From contig CAZBLT010000012.1 in the NCBI GenBank assembly GCA_964492745.1, positions 5,162 to 69,161 of the forward strand: a stretch of 64,000 nucleotides of DNA, written 5' to 3'. Each line of letters begins with the position of its first letter. Position 1 is the stretch's first letter. The DNA is from an uncultured Anaerolineaceae bacterium. GTDB lineage: Bacteria > Chloroflexota > Anaerolineae > Anaerolineales > E44-bin32. The notes beneath the pieces were generated by a model. That model was given only the letters and a program-made list of their open reading frames with translations. It was not told where the DNA came from and did no database searches. The translations under genes and the position numbers were made by a program. This document shows, piece after piece, positions 24,829 to 34,491 of this stretch.

Positions 24829-26661
24829 CTAGAAGGGGAACAACAACGGAAGCAGCAACACCGAAGCCACCAGAGCCAGGCCGATGAGCGGCAGGCCAGC
24901 CTTCAGATAATCTCCAAATCGGTACCCGCCCGCCGCCATCACGAGCGTGTTCACGGGGGAGGCCACCGGCGAGGCGAACGCGGCCGAAGCGGCGATGGCC
25001 ACGGCCATCAGTAGGGCGTGCGGCTCAAGGCCTTGGGCCTGTGCGGCTGCCAGCGCGATCGGTGCGATCAGGACCGTCGTGGCTGTGTTCGAGAGCAACT
25101 GGGTGAAAAGTGCCGTCACGACAAACAGCCCGGCGAGAAGCAACAGCGGACTGACCGATCCCAGGTTGTGCGCAAGCGCCAGGGCGGCAAGGTCCACCAG
25201 CCCTACCTTCATCAGCGCCGTGCTCATCGGGAGCATGCCGGCCACGAGCAACAGGCTGCGCCAGTCGATGGCGCGGTATGCCTCGTCCATCGTCATACAT
25301 CCAGAGAGCACGATGGCCAGCGCGGCGAGCCAGCTAGCTACCGGTAGCGGGAGCAGGCCGGCGATCAGGATCGCCAGCATTCCGGCCAGGATGGCGATAA
25401 CCCATGGGGCTTTCTCGGGCCGGGAAGCCACTCCGGCCGCCTCCGGCTGCCCGGTCACGACGAAATCCACCGGTCGCTCGCGCAAGGCCAGAATATTGCG
25501 CCAGGGCCCTTGGACAAGCAGGATGTCGCCGAATTGCAGCGGCGTGATTTTCAGATCGCGCAGGGAGCCAACGCCGGCGCGCCGCAGGCCAAGCACGGTG
25601 AGACCATATTCCGTTCCAAAGCGCAACTGCTGTATGGTCTTCCCCACCAGGGAGGAGCGCGGCGGGAGGATCGCTTCGGCGACGCCGACTTCGTCGCTTA
25701 GCAACGATTGCTGGTCGGCAGCCTGCGCTGGCTGAACGGCCAGGTCCCATCGGGCTGCCGCCCGCGCCACATCCTCAGCGGCACCCTGGACGATCAGTAG
25801 GTCCTGAGGCTCGAATCGCAGCCCCGGATGCGGCGGGAGCACTTCCCGGACGCCGTTGGATGCCCCCCGCCGCACTTCCAGAATCCTTACCTGATAGGTG
25901 GAGGGAAGGGCGGCATCCGTAAGGCGCAGCCCCGCCAGCTTGGAGTCCTGGCGCACACGCACCCGGAAGAGACCTTCAGGCAGGCGGTATCGCCGGACCA
26001 GCTCCTCGGGTGTCTCGACGCGTTGGCTATCGAGCTGAGGCTGACGCGTTGGCAGCAGCCGTGGCCCAAACAGAACCATGACCCCCGTGCCTCCAAGGAT
26101 AAGCGCCACGCCCACGGGCGTGAAGCTGAAGAAGTGAAAGGGACGCAACCCGGCTTCCTGGAGCAGGTCGCTGACGATGATGTTGGGAGGTGTGCCGATC
26201 TGGGTGGCCGCGCCGCCGAGCAGGGCGCCGAAGGAAAGCGGGATGAGCAGGCGGGAGGTGGGGATGCGCGCCCGGCGGGCCAGCGCTACTACGGCCGGGA
26301 GCATGACGGCGACAGTCCCCGTGTCGCTCATGACGCTTGAGAGCAGCGCCGCGCCGAGCATGAGCAGGCTCAATAGGCGCCGCTCCTCGCCCCCGGCAAA
26401 GTGCAGGATCCAGCGCGCTGCGGTGGCTGCCACCCCCGAACGGGTCGCTGCTCCGGCGATGACGAACAGGGCCGCAATCGTGAGCACGGCCGGATTGGAG
26501 AAACCCTCGAAGGCCTGCTCGGCGGTCAGAACGCCTGTGAGCGCCAGGGCAACCACCACACCCAGCGCGACAATATCCACGCGCAGCCATTCGGTGACAA
26601 ATAGGAGCAGAGCAGCGGCCAGGACAGAGAGGACGATCCAGGTGTGCATCAGTGCGCTCAT
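24829..26661 (-). CDS. SLC13/DASS-type anion permease with two central TrkA-C domains
   Basis: Polytopic halves flank two TrkA-C-like segments (FRVRVRQDSKLAGLRLTD... and AEAILPPRSSLVGKTIQQLRFG...). Confidence 0.85.
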   Translation of the reverse strand: MSALMHTWIVLSVLAAALLLFVTEWLRVDIVALGVVVALALTGVLTAEQAFEGFSNPAVLTIAALFVIAGAATRSGVAATAARWILHFAGGEERRLLSLLMLGAALLSSVMSDTGTVAVMLPAVVALARRARIPTSRLLIPLSFGALLGGAATQIGTPPNIIVSDLLQEAGLRPFHFFSFTPVGVALILGGTGVMVLFGPRLLPTRQPQLDSQRVETPEELVRRYRLPEGLFRVRVRQDSKLAGLRLTDAALPSTYQVRILEVRRGASNGVREVLPPHPGLRFEPQDLLIVQGAAEDVARAAARWDLAVQPAQAADQQSLLSDEVGVAEAILPPRSSLVGKTIQQLRFGTEYGLTVLGLRRAGVGSLRDLKITPLQFGDILLVQGPWRNILALRERPVDFVVTGQPEAAGVASRPEKAPWVIAILAGMLAILIAGLLPLPVASWLAALAIVLSGCMTMDEAYRAIDWRSLLLVAGMLPMSTALMKVGLVDLAALALAHNLGSVSPLLLLAGLFVVTALFTQLLSNTATTVLIAPIALAAAQAQGLEPHALLMAVAIAASAAFASPVASPVNTLVMAAGGYRFGDYLKAGLPLIGLALVASVLLLPLLFPF

Positions 26662-26781
26662 CGATGACGGTCAGATGCAAGCAGCCCATTCTACCAGGCC
26701 TTAGGGTCAGTATCCGTTGGCAAAAGCGAGATGCCAGGGGACAATAGGTTCGGCCAGCCCGACGACGCATGGATGAGCGAG

Positions 26782-27270
26782 ATGGGGAAGAAGACCAACG
26801 CCATACGCATGCTCGAGGCCGCAAAGGTGGATTTTGAGGTGCGGCAATATGAGATTGAGGAGGGCGGCCGGCTCGCGGCGCGGGCCGCGGCGGAACTCGG
26901 CGTGGAGCCAGAGCGTATCTTCAAGACTCTGGTCGTGCGCGGCGATCGCAGCGGCCCGTTGCTGGCGCTGGTGCCAGCAGGCACTGAAATCGATCTGAAG
27001 CGCCTCGCGGCGGCATCCGGGAACCGGCGGGTTGAGATGGTTCCCCAGAAAGAGGTCCGAGAGCTGACGGGCTACAGGCGCGGGGCTGTGACGCCGCTCG
27101 GGATGCGGAGGACGATGCCAATCTATATTGACGAGACCGTTGAGCTATGGCCGAGGGTGGGCCTGAGCGCCGGGGCGCCGGGCCTGGAGATCATCCTGGC
27201 GCCCCAAGACTTGCTTCGGCTGACGGCTGCGAAGACCGCGGATATTGCCCGCTCGGCGGAGATGCCATAA
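26782..27270 (+). CDS. ybaK: Cys-tRNA(Pro)/Cys-tRNA(Cys) deacylase, YbaK/EbsC family
   Basis: MGKKTNAIRMLEAAKVDFEVRQYE... and FKTLVV...VPAGTEIDLKRLA...GAVTPLG match the YbaK pattern. The start could also be 26773. Confidence 0.85.
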   Translation: MGKKTNAIRMLEAAKVDFEVRQYEIEEGGRLAARAAAELGVEPERIFKTLVVRGDRSGPLLALVPAGTEIDLKRLAAASGNRRVEMVPQKEVRELTGYRRGAVTPLGMRRTMPIYIDETVELWPRVGLSAGAPGLEIILAPQDLLRLTAAKTADIARSAEMP

Positions 27271-27292
27271 CGCCGAGACGGGCTGCGCAAGA

Positions 27293-27766
27293 TCAGGAGC
27301 CTTCGAGGTAGCGGTCGAGTTGCTCGCGATGGATGAGCATGGTGTTCGGCTCGGCGAATTTCCGGGCTGATAGGTCGAGCGAACGGATAAGTACGGGCAC
27401 CACCTCGCGCACGGCCGAGAAAATACGGTGGAGCTGAGTCCGGGATCCGACCCCCATAGAGAGCACGACTTCATTGTTGAGATGCAGCACCAATACCTGG
27501 AGTTCGGCTCCGGCGATAAGAGAATAGCGCCACTTGCCAAAATTGACTTGTGACTGGGCCCTCTCGCCTAGATGCAGGATATGCGCAGTCGCACCCACTG
27601 CCTCCTCGATGGCTCCCTGATCGTTGGGCGGATAGCTGGCGAGAATGAGGCCGTCGTAATCCATCACAGCCGCCCAGCGCAGGTTGAGCTCGCCGTGGTT
27701 GAGGCGCGCCAGCCCTTCGGTCAGTGCCGCAACCCGTGGATCCATGGTGTTCAGTACCGCCTCCAT
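27293..27766 (-). CDS. Roadblock/LC7 (MglB-like) domain protein
   Basis: Start at MEAVLNTMDPRVAALTEGLARL. WAAVMDYDGLILASYP...AHILHLGERA...LVLHLNNEVVLSMGV resembles the Robl/LC7 fold pattern. The upstream part of the track ORF is discarded. Confidence 0.65.
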   Translation of the reverse strand: MEAVLNTMDPRVAALTEGLARLNHGELNLRWAAVMDYDGLILASYPPNDQGAIEEAVGATAHILHLGERAQSQVNFGKWRYSLIAGAELQVLVLHLNNEVVLSMGVGSRTQLHRIFSAVREVVPVLIRSLDLSARKFAEPNTMLIHREQLDRYLEGS

Positions 27767-27906
27767 AGTGCACCTCTTGCTCGGCCGCATCCCTATTGTG
27801 ACACACAGAACGGCCCTCGAACTTTGCGAATTCCTAACAATTGCTCCCGCCGGGGAGAGGCACCCTTCAGCGGATGCGGTTGTAGAATCTAAGGCAGGGG
27901 CTGAGG

Positions 27907-28671
27907 ATGAAGGAAGCAACCCTGCGCTTCTATGCGGAATTGAACGACTTCCTGCCGCCGGAGCGGCGCGGCAGGCCTTTTCAACACGTCTTCCAAGGGA
28001 CGCCCTCTGTGAAGGACCTGATCGAAGCGCTAGGTGTGCCGCATACCGAAGTGGACCTGATCCTGGTGGATGGAGAGAGCGTCGGCTTCGAGCAGCGAAT
28101 CCTGGGCGGTGAGCGCATCAGCGTCTACCCGATGTTCGAAACCATCGACATCGAGCCGCTCTTGAAAGTGAGACCGCAGCCCCTGCGGGTGACCCGGTTC
28201 GCGCTCGATACCCACCTGGGCCGTCTATCGGCCTACCTGCGCATGCTCGGGTTCGATGCATGGTACTCCAATGAGGCGGACGATCGGGCACTAGCCATGG
28301 AGGCCAGCGAACACAGGCGCATTTTGCTAACCAAAGATCGCGGCCTGCTCAAGCGGAGTGTGGTTACGCGTGGATACTACGTCCGGGCGATCAGACCGCT
28401 GGATCAGGTCGTAGAGGTGCTGGATAAGTTCGACCTTTGGTCTGAGATTAGGCCCTTCCGCCGCTGCATGCGCTGCAACGCAGCGCTGGTTCCGGTGTCC
28501 AAGGAACAGGTGTGGGAACTCCTACCCCGGGGCGTGCAAGCTTCGCAGGAACATTTCAAACGCTGTGAGGGCTGCGGACGAATCTACTGGAGGGGCACCC
28601 ATTTCGAGCGCATGCAGCGCCTGATCGCACAGCTACTCTCGTTCCATAACAAGCGCATCAGCAAGGCGTGA
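27907..28671 (+). CDS. Mut7-C family protein: N-terminal ubiquitin-like beta-grasp, PIN-like RNase domain, Zn ribbon
   Basis: LRFYAELNDFLPPERRGRPF...VKDLIEALGVPHTEVDLILVDG is the Mut7-C ubiquitin module. RFALDTHLGRLSAYLRMLGFD...ILLTKDRGLL is PIN-like. CMRCN...CEGCGRIYWRGTH is the Zn ribbon. Confidence 0.8.
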   Translation: MKEATLRFYAELNDFLPPERRGRPFQHVFQGTPSVKDLIEALGVPHTEVDLILVDGESVGFEQRILGGERISVYPMFETIDIEPLLKVRPQPLRVTRFALDTHLGRLSAYLRMLGFDAWYSNEADDRALAMEASEHRRILLTKDRGLLKRSVVTRGYYVRAIRPLDQVVEVLDKFDLWSEIRPFRRCMRCNAALVPVSKEQVWELLPRGVQASQEHFKRCEGCGRIYWRGTHFERMQRLIAQLLSFHNKRISKA

Positions 28672-28729
28672 TGGCGGACACAGCCGGTGTCCCTCCACCC
28701 GGATTGATAGGCGCTGCCGGGAGAATCGT

Positions 28730-30061
28730 CTAAGCGAGGGCTTGCTCCCGCGCCCTTCGCTCATTGACCAGCAGGAGCAGCGCCGCGCCGGCCACAAGGA
28801 AGGCGACGATGGAAAGAATCGCAATCCGCTGGCCGGATTGCTCGGCCAGTAGCGCCGGCTGCCCCTGCGCCTGGAACCAGAGGGCGGCCTCGGCGGCGAG
28901 GATGCCATAGATCGTGGGTCCGATGAAGGAGGAGGTGCGCCCCGCGACGGCAAAGAAGCCATAGAATTCCGCGCTCTGCCCCGGAGGGCTGAAGAGCCCG
29001 ATCATGGTCCGGCTCACCGATTGTACGCCCGTCAGAGCGAAGCCAGCCAGGCCGCCAATCCAATAGAAACCAACGATGGAATCGTTGAAGAACATCCACA
29101 CGGCGGCCCCAATCATCAGCCACAATGAAAGCATCAAGGATCGCTTGGATCCGATGCGGTCGGCCAGGGTCCCGAACAGGTATGCCCCTGCGACGCTGGC
29201 GATCTGCACTAGGATCATGAAGATGATCAGTTCTTGCTGATCCATCCCGTACAGTACAGCCCCCAAGATGGCGGCGAAGTCGAGCGCCATCAGGATGCCG
29301 TCGTTGTACACCAAGAAGGCGCCCATGAACTTCAGAAATTCCCGATAGCGCCTGACCTTGCGGAAGGTGGTGGCCAAGCGCTTGAATCCCACAGAGAGTG
29401 CGTTCTCGCCTTCGGGGAATGGTTGCGGCTGGGCGCGCTCGCGGACCCAGAGGAAGATGGGAACACTGGAAGCCGCGAAGTAGAGGGCGGTGATGGCCAG
29501 CGATAGGCGCACGATAAAGGTCCCCCCGATGAGCATGATAAGCGCAAGGATCAGGATCAGGCAGAGGATGCCGCCGGCTGAGCCGATGGCCCAGCCCAGG
29601 CCCGAGATGCTGCCGATCTCTTCGGAAGAGGCGATCTCGGGCAGAAGGGCGTTGTAGAAGACCTGTGCGCTGCGGTATCCGACTTCAGCCAGGATGAAGA
29701 AGGCCATGCCCATGACCACGTCTCCTGGACGCACGAAGAAGAGCAAGGCGGTGAAGACACAGGACATAGCGGTGTAGAAGAGCAGGAAGCGCTTCTTGGC
29801 ACCGGAGAAGTCGGCGATCGCTCCCAGCACCGGAGAGGTGACGGCCACGATAAGCATGGCGATACCGACCGAGATGCCCCAGAGGCGTGAGCCCTCGGCG
29901 CCGCCGGCCACTTCAGACTTGAAGTATGCCGAGTAGATGGCCAGGAGAACGACGGCGGCGTAGGCTGAGTTCCCAAAGTCGTAGAGATACCAGGCCACGC
30001 GCTCGCGGCGGGAGGATTTGGCCCGCATATTGGGAGAGGGGATGGCAGTTGCCTCTTCCAT
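28730..30061 (-). CDS. MFS transporter, UMF1/Atg22-like family
   Basis: ERVAWYLYDFGNSAYAAVVL is characteristic of UMF1. About 12 TM helices. ATG at 30061 with AGGAAAGG upstream. Confidence 0.8.
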   Translation of the reverse strand: MEEATAIPSPNMRAKSSRRERVAWYLYDFGNSAYAAVVLLAIYSAYFKSEVAGGAEGSRLWGISVGIAMLIVAVTSPVLGAIADFSGAKKRFLLFYTAMSCVFTALLFFVRPGDVVMGMAFFILAEVGYRSAQVFYNALLPEIASSEEIGSISGLGWAIGSAGGILCLILILALIMLIGGTFIVRLSLAITALYFAASSVPIFLWVRERAQPQPFPEGENALSVGFKRLATTFRKVRRYREFLKFMGAFLVYNDGILMALDFAAILGAVLYGMDQQELIIFMILVQIASVAGAYLFGTLADRIGSKRSLMLSLWLMIGAAVWMFFNDSIVGFYWIGGLAGFALTGVQSVSRTMIGLFSPPGQSAEFYGFFAVAGRTSSFIGPTIYGILAAEAALWFQAQGQPALLAEQSGQRIAILSIVAFLVAGAALLLLVNERRAREQALA

Positions 30062-30136
30062 ACACACCTACCTTTCCTGTTGCCGGAAACACCCAAACAG
30101 CCCGAAGGATTTGCACGGCTTGAGGCGGCAAGGGGC

Positions 30137-30889
30137 TCAGATGTCTGGAGAGTAGGCCCAGGGGTAGACCTCGGTGCCCTGCGCGGCGGCGCGGATCGCA
30201 GGGTCCTCGGCATAGTGGCCCCGCAAGCGGTCGGGCAGCAACTGGGCAATTTGACGCATGATTTCGTGGCCGATTCTGTCCAGTTGCTCGCGCCGCCGCT
30301 GGCCGCGCCCCTCCACCTGGAAGGGACCGAAGAGCTCGCCGATGCGGATTCGCACTTGTGCCCGCCGCCCCTGGCGCAGCGCGGGGAAGATGTCGTTCAA
30401 TCCGGTGAAGGCCATGGGCACGACGGGCGCGCCCGTCTTGGTAGCCAGGTAGGCCGTGCCCGGCCGGGCTGGGCGCAGAACACTGGCCCAGTTGCCCGCT
30501 TCGGGGAAGATTCCCAGCACTCCCCCCTGTCTCAGGATCGCCTCAGTCGAGCGGAGGGCCGCGCGCGAAACGGCGCCGCGGTGGACCGGGAAGACCCCCC
30601 ACAGCCGAGGAAAGATCCGCACCGCCGGTGGCGCGTTGGGCATGCGCACGCCCGCCAGGAATTCCAGCGGCCACGGGGTGGCATGGATCATGGCCACAGG
30701 GTCGATGAAGCTGAAGTGGTTGCCCACCACAATCAAGGGGCCGTTCTGCGGCAGATTCTCGCGGCCTTCGATTTCGACATCGGCCATTAGGGCAAAGGCG
30801 GCGCGGATGAGGCCCCGCAGCGCGCCCCGGATGGTCTGCCGCCGTGGATAGCGCAGAGGTGTCTCGGGAAGATCCATAGGCAAGCTCAC
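30137..30889 (-). CDS. plsC: 1-acyl-sn-glycerol-3-phosphate (lysophospholipid) acyltransferase
   Basis: The H(X4)D motif is VVGNHFSFIDP, followed by FPEAG and PVVPMAF blocks. The start is GTG at 30889 or ATG at 30877. Confidence 0.85.
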   Translation of the reverse strand: MSLPMDLPETPLRYPRRQTIRGALRGLIRAAFALMADVEIEGRENLPQNGPLIVVGNHFSFIDPVAMIHATPWPLEFLAGVRMPNAPPAVRIFPRLWGVFPVHRGAVSRAALRSTEAILRQGGVLGIFPEAGNWASVLRPARPGTAYLATKTGAPVVPMAFTGLNDIFPALRQGRRAQVRIRIGELFGPFQVEGRGQRRREQLDRIGHEIMRQIAQLLPDRLRGHYAEDPAIRAAAQGTEVYPWAYSPDI

Positions 30890-30919
30890 ATAATTGAGGT
30901 GTCTTAGGTTTATAGGCTT

Positions 30920-31654
30920 TTACCAGGGCTCGGCATGAACATCATCGGCCGGCAAGCCCAGGTGACGCAGGAGGGCCTCCCGGCCGCGCCCCAGGATGGG
31001 TTCACCATGGGAGGGCATTAGATGGATGAAATCGAGTTCTGCCAGCCGGCGCATGGAAGCCCGCGCCCGCTCCGGGTCGGGCGTGGCGATGGCAAGCGGC
31101 GGGGAAATCTGCCCCCGAAGATTCATCACTGCATCACCGCAGAGAATAGCCTGGTCTTGTGGATGCAAGAACCCGATCTGTCCGGGTGAGTGCCCGGGTA
31201 GATGGATGGTGACCATGCCGACAATACTCTCGCCGCGCTGTAAATCTCGCGATACCGGAAGGCCAGCAGCCGGGGAGGCCATGAGGTATCGCCCGAGCCA
31301 GAAGGCCCACCCACGGGGTTGCAGATCGCGGTATTCCATCTCTCCAGTGATGAAAGGCACCTCCTCAACATGGCAGGCAATGGGTGTGTTCCACGCCAGC
31401 CGCAGCGCGTTCAGCCCCCCGCTGTGATCGTAATGTGCGTGTGTGAGCAGGATGAGTCGCGGCCCTCGCCCTTCGGTGGCGCGGGCCACCGCCGCAACGA
31501 CGTGATCGGCCGTGGCCGGTGGGCCGGTGTCCACCATGATCCACCCCTCATCCGAGCGGACCAACCACACGCTCACCGGGATCGAGAGCGGCCCAATGAT
31601 CTTCAGAGTGACTTCCAGGCGCAGGATATGTCGGCTTACGGCATGGAAATCCAA
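30920..31654 (-). CDS. MBL-fold metallo-hydrolase
   Basis: LLTHAHYDHSGG metal-binding motif. The track ORF start (31777) would overlap the HAD gene by 118 nt. I prefer TTG at 31654, 6 nt after the HAD stop, with an AAAGG-like RBS. The start is uncertain. Confidence 0.75.
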   Translation of the reverse strand: MDFHAVSRHILRLEVTLKIIGPLSIPVSVWLVRSDEGWIMVDTGPPATADHVVAAVARATEGRGPRLILLTHAHYDHSGGLNALRLAWNTPIACHVEEVPFITGEMEYRDLQPRGWAFWLGRYLMASPAAGLPVSRDLQRGESIVGMVTIHLPGHSPGQIGFLHPQDQAILCGDAVMNLRGQISPPLAIATPDPERARASMRRLAELDFIHLMPSHGEPILGRGREALLRHLGLPADDVHAEPW

Positions 31655-31659
31655 GGGAA

Positions 31660-32400
31660 TCAGCCTTTCGCTTCGAGCTGGCGGATGATATCCGGCACTT
31701 GCCGCAGACTCTCGGCCTCGGCCTCTGGGATGATCGCGGGGGATTCGGGGATGGGGGCGGCCTCCTCCTTTAACCATATCTGGTGGATTCCAGCCCGCTG
31801 GGCGCCGAGGATATCGGCCTCCAGTAGGTCGCCAACCATGACGACACGCTCAGGCGGCAACTGCCAGGCTGCGAGAACCTTTGCGAATAGCTTAGGGTGA
31901 GGTTTCCGAATACCCTCCTGGGCGGAAATCAGAATTGGATCAAAGTAAGGCCGGATCCCGGCCTTGTCGATCAGGCGCTGGACATTATGGCTGTCGCCCG
32001 CGTTGGATATCATGCCCAGGCGGCGTCCGGAGTCCCGCAATGCCTGCAGCACCTCGTGCATCCCGGGCATCGGCTCCCAGGCCTGCTCGCTCACGGCATA
32101 CATCGCCTTGAGCGCTGAGCGGATGAGGGAGTCACCAGGGTGGGTCACACCATGGGAGGAAAGAACCTCGCGTAGGACCGAGGCGGTTGAATGCTCTACA
32201 TAGTCCTCGTCCCGGCGCTGATAATAGGCGTGGAGCGCCCGGTCGAGATCGCGCAGGAAATGCTCCCGGCGCAAACGGAGTCCCCGGCGCTCGAGTTCAT
32301 CGGCCAGCGCCTCCAGGCTGCGCCGGCCGATCTCCGACCAGTCACCGCCGAATCGAAACAACGTGGAACCTAAGTCGAAGATGACGCCCTGGATCTTCAT
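31660..32400 (-). CDS. HAD-superfamily hydrolase (subfamily IA-like)
   Basis: Motif I VIFDLGSTL, motif II ISNAG, motif IV VMVGDLLEADILGA. Confidence 0.85.
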   Translation of the reverse strand: MKIQGVIFDLGSTLFRFGGDWSEIGRRSLEALADELERRGLRLRREHFLRDLDRALHAYYQRRDEDYVEHSTASVLREVLSSHGVTHPGDSLIRSALKAMYAVSEQAWEPMPGMHEVLQALRDSGRRLGMISNAGDSHNVQRLIDKAGIRPYFDPILISAQEGIRKPHPKLFAKVLAAWQLPPERVVMVGDLLEADILGAQRAGIHQIWLKEEAAPIPESPAIIPEAEAESLRQVPDIIRQLEAKG

Positions 32401-32412
32401 GGAAGGCAGCGT

Positions 32413-33444
32413 TCAGTATCCCCGTGTCGGGTCGAATATGTTGAGCAGTGGGCGACCCGAGAGATATCTCTGAAGATTGGCGGCAAACAGGTCGGCGGCC
32501 CGCTCGAAATAATGAGGCGAGGCCCCCGCCAGGTGCGGGGATAGGATGACGTTCTCACGCTTCCAGAGGGGGCTGCTCTCGGGAAGTGGCTCGATGGGAT
32601 AGACATCCAGGGCTGCTCCTGCAATGAGTTCATTGCTAAGCGCTTCGACCAGCGCGCCGTGGTCCACGACACCGCCGCGCGAGATATCCACCAGGTAAGC
32701 ATGCGGGGGCATAGCTTGAAAGACGGCCTCATCAACCAACCCCTGTGTTTCGCCGGTGAGTGGTACGGTAATCACCAGGAAATCGCAGAGAGAAGCCATC
32801 GACTTGAGAGCTTGTGGGGGATATATTCGCTGGGGGATGTCTGCCAGGGGATCGCCCAGCCCTTCCATCAGGTACCCATCGTCTTCCAGATGTCTAAGAT
32901 CATGTTTGACGGCCAGGACCTGAGCGCCGAAAGCGTGACACAGGCGGGCCACCTCCCTTCCCACGCTACCGTAGCCGACAATGCCCACCGTGCTGCTGCG
33001 GAGCTCGAGGGGCTGGAAGCGCACATAGCGATCGTCCGACCAGCGCTCGGCGGGCGTTCCGCGGGTGAACTGAGGCAGCCGATGGCCCAGGGCCAGCATA
33101 CACATCAGGGCGAATTCGGCCATCTGAGGCGCGGAGGCTCCGCTCATGGTAGTGACAGTCAGGTCCTCCTTGCTGAGCAGAGGGTGGCCGAGGAGGTGGT
33201 CGGCGCCGGCGAAGTGGAGTTGCACCCAGCGCAGGTTCGGCACCAATTCCGGGTCGGGCAACGCGGAGATCGTGTAGAGGATCTCGATCTCCGGAAGCAA
33301 TTCCTCCGGGAGGGCCTCGGCCTCGCGGGCCGGAAAGCCATGAATCTTCAATCGGGGCGAGACTGCCCGCAGGCGGTCCAGGAGGGGTTGCGGAAAGGAC
33401 ACCGTCATCAGCAGGTGGATGGGCTGGTCGCTCATGGGGTTCAT
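32413..33444 (-). CDS. D-isomer-specific 2-hydroxyacid dehydrogenase (NAD-binding)
   Basis: Contains VGIVGYGSVGREVARL, the catalytic-region pattern AYLVDISRGGVVD, and LSPHLAG. Confidence 0.9.
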   Translation of the reverse strand: MNPMSDQPIHLLMTVSFPQPLLDRLRAVSPRLKIHGFPAREAEALPEELLPEIEILYTISALPDPELVPNLRWVQLHFAGADHLLGHPLLSKEDLTVTTMSGASAPQMAEFALMCMLALGHRLPQFTRGTPAERWSDDRYVRFQPLELRSSTVGIVGYGSVGREVARLCHAFGAQVLAVKHDLRHLEDDGYLMEGLGDPLADIPQRIYPPQALKSMASLCDFLVITVPLTGETQGLVDEAVFQAMPPHAYLVDISRGGVVDHGALVEALSNELIAGAALDVYPIEPLPESSPLWKRENVILSPHLAGASPHYFERAADLFAANLQRYLSGRPLLNIFDPTRGY

Positions 33445-33526
33445 TGTACATCAGACCCAGCGCAGCGACAGCAGCCAGCGCGGGTTATACTCGGGAGCTG
33501 GGCAGGCGTGCTCAGGAGGGTGTCGC

Positions 33527-34399
33527 ATGCAAATCGGCGTGGTGTTTCCGCAAACCGAGGTTGAGGCCGACCCAGATTGGGTCCGGCGCTTTGCTCAGGC
33601 GGCCGAGGCGCTGGGATTTCGCCATATTCTGGCCTACGAACACGTTCTTGGGGTCGATCCAGGGCGCCCCGGCGGTTTCGAGGGTATCTACACAATTGAA
33701 GACCCCTTTCTCTCGCCCTTCGTCCTGTTCGCTTACATGGCCAGCGTCACGCAACATATTGGTTTCGTAACGGGCGTGCTGGTTCTTCCACAGCGCCAGA
33801 CGGCGCTCGTGGCCAAGCAAGCGGCCACGCTGGATTTGCTCTGCGGCGGCCGCCTGAGGCTGGGGGTAGGCGTGGGGTGGAACAAACCAGAATTCGAGGC
33901 CCTAGGCTGGGACTTCCATACCCGTGGCCAGCGGATCGAGGAGCAAGTCGAGGTGATGCGCCTGCTTTGGACGGAGCGAGTGGTGAGCTATCAAGGCCGC
34001 TGGCATCAACTTTCTCATGTTGGATTGAACCCGATGCCGCGGCAACGCCCGATACCGATCTGGTTCGGGGGTCATGCGGACGTCGTCCTGAGACGCACAG
34101 CCAGATTGGGCGAGGGGTGGCTGCCGAGCTATCGATCGGCGGAGGAGGCCGGCCCGTCGATTGAAAGGTTGCGCCGCTATTGGGCCGAGGCAGGCCGTGA
34201 CCCTGGGGCATTAGGCCTGGAGGGCAGAGTGAGGTACGCTGAGGGAGAGATGGGTCGACTGTTGGATCATGTGAGAGCGTGGGAGCAGGCGGGAGCCACC
34301 CACCTCTCTCTCAACACAATGCGCAGCGGCCTCAAGCACCCCGACGAGCACCTTGAGGCCATGCGCACCTTCGCGCAGTATCTCGGCCTTGCAGAGTAA
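33527..34399 (+). CDS. Luciferase-like monooxygenase (LLM) class oxidoreductase, probably F420-dependent
   Basis: Start at MQIGVVFPQTEVEADP (GGAGG upstream). Typical LLM TIM-barrel pattern (LGFRHILAYEHVLG, LLCGGRLRLGVGVGW). Confidence 0.85.
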   Translation: MQIGVVFPQTEVEADPDWVRRFAQAAEALGFRHILAYEHVLGVDPGRPGGFEGIYTIEDPFLSPFVLFAYMASVTQHIGFVTGVLVLPQRQTALVAKQAATLDLLCGGRLRLGVGVGWNKPEFEALGWDFHTRGQRIEEQVEVMRLLWTERVVSYQGRWHQLSHVGLNPMPRQRPIPIWFGGHADVVLRRTARLGEGWLPSYRSAEEAGPSIERLRRYWAEAGRDPGALGLEGRVRYAEGEMGRLLDHVRAWEQAGATHLSLNTMRSGLKHPDEHLEAMRTFAQYLGLAE

Positions 34400-34491
34400 G
34401 TGAACAGGATGGTAGTCGGCCATATGCGGCCGGGGTGTCAGCGCCAGGCGTTTCAGGCATTGGCCTAGCCGGTCGTGGCCCAGGAGCGTGT

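Noticed and set aside
24718-28700. tRNA-Arg flank as a possible integration site for a genomic island.
   Set aside because: There is no integrase, no duplicated tRNA 3' end that I could see, and no compositional break. The neighbouring genes are ordinary transporters and housekeeping genes.
32659-33564. 301-aa plus-strand ORF.
   Set aside because: It is antisense to the D-2-hydroxyacid dehydrogenase and has no motifs.
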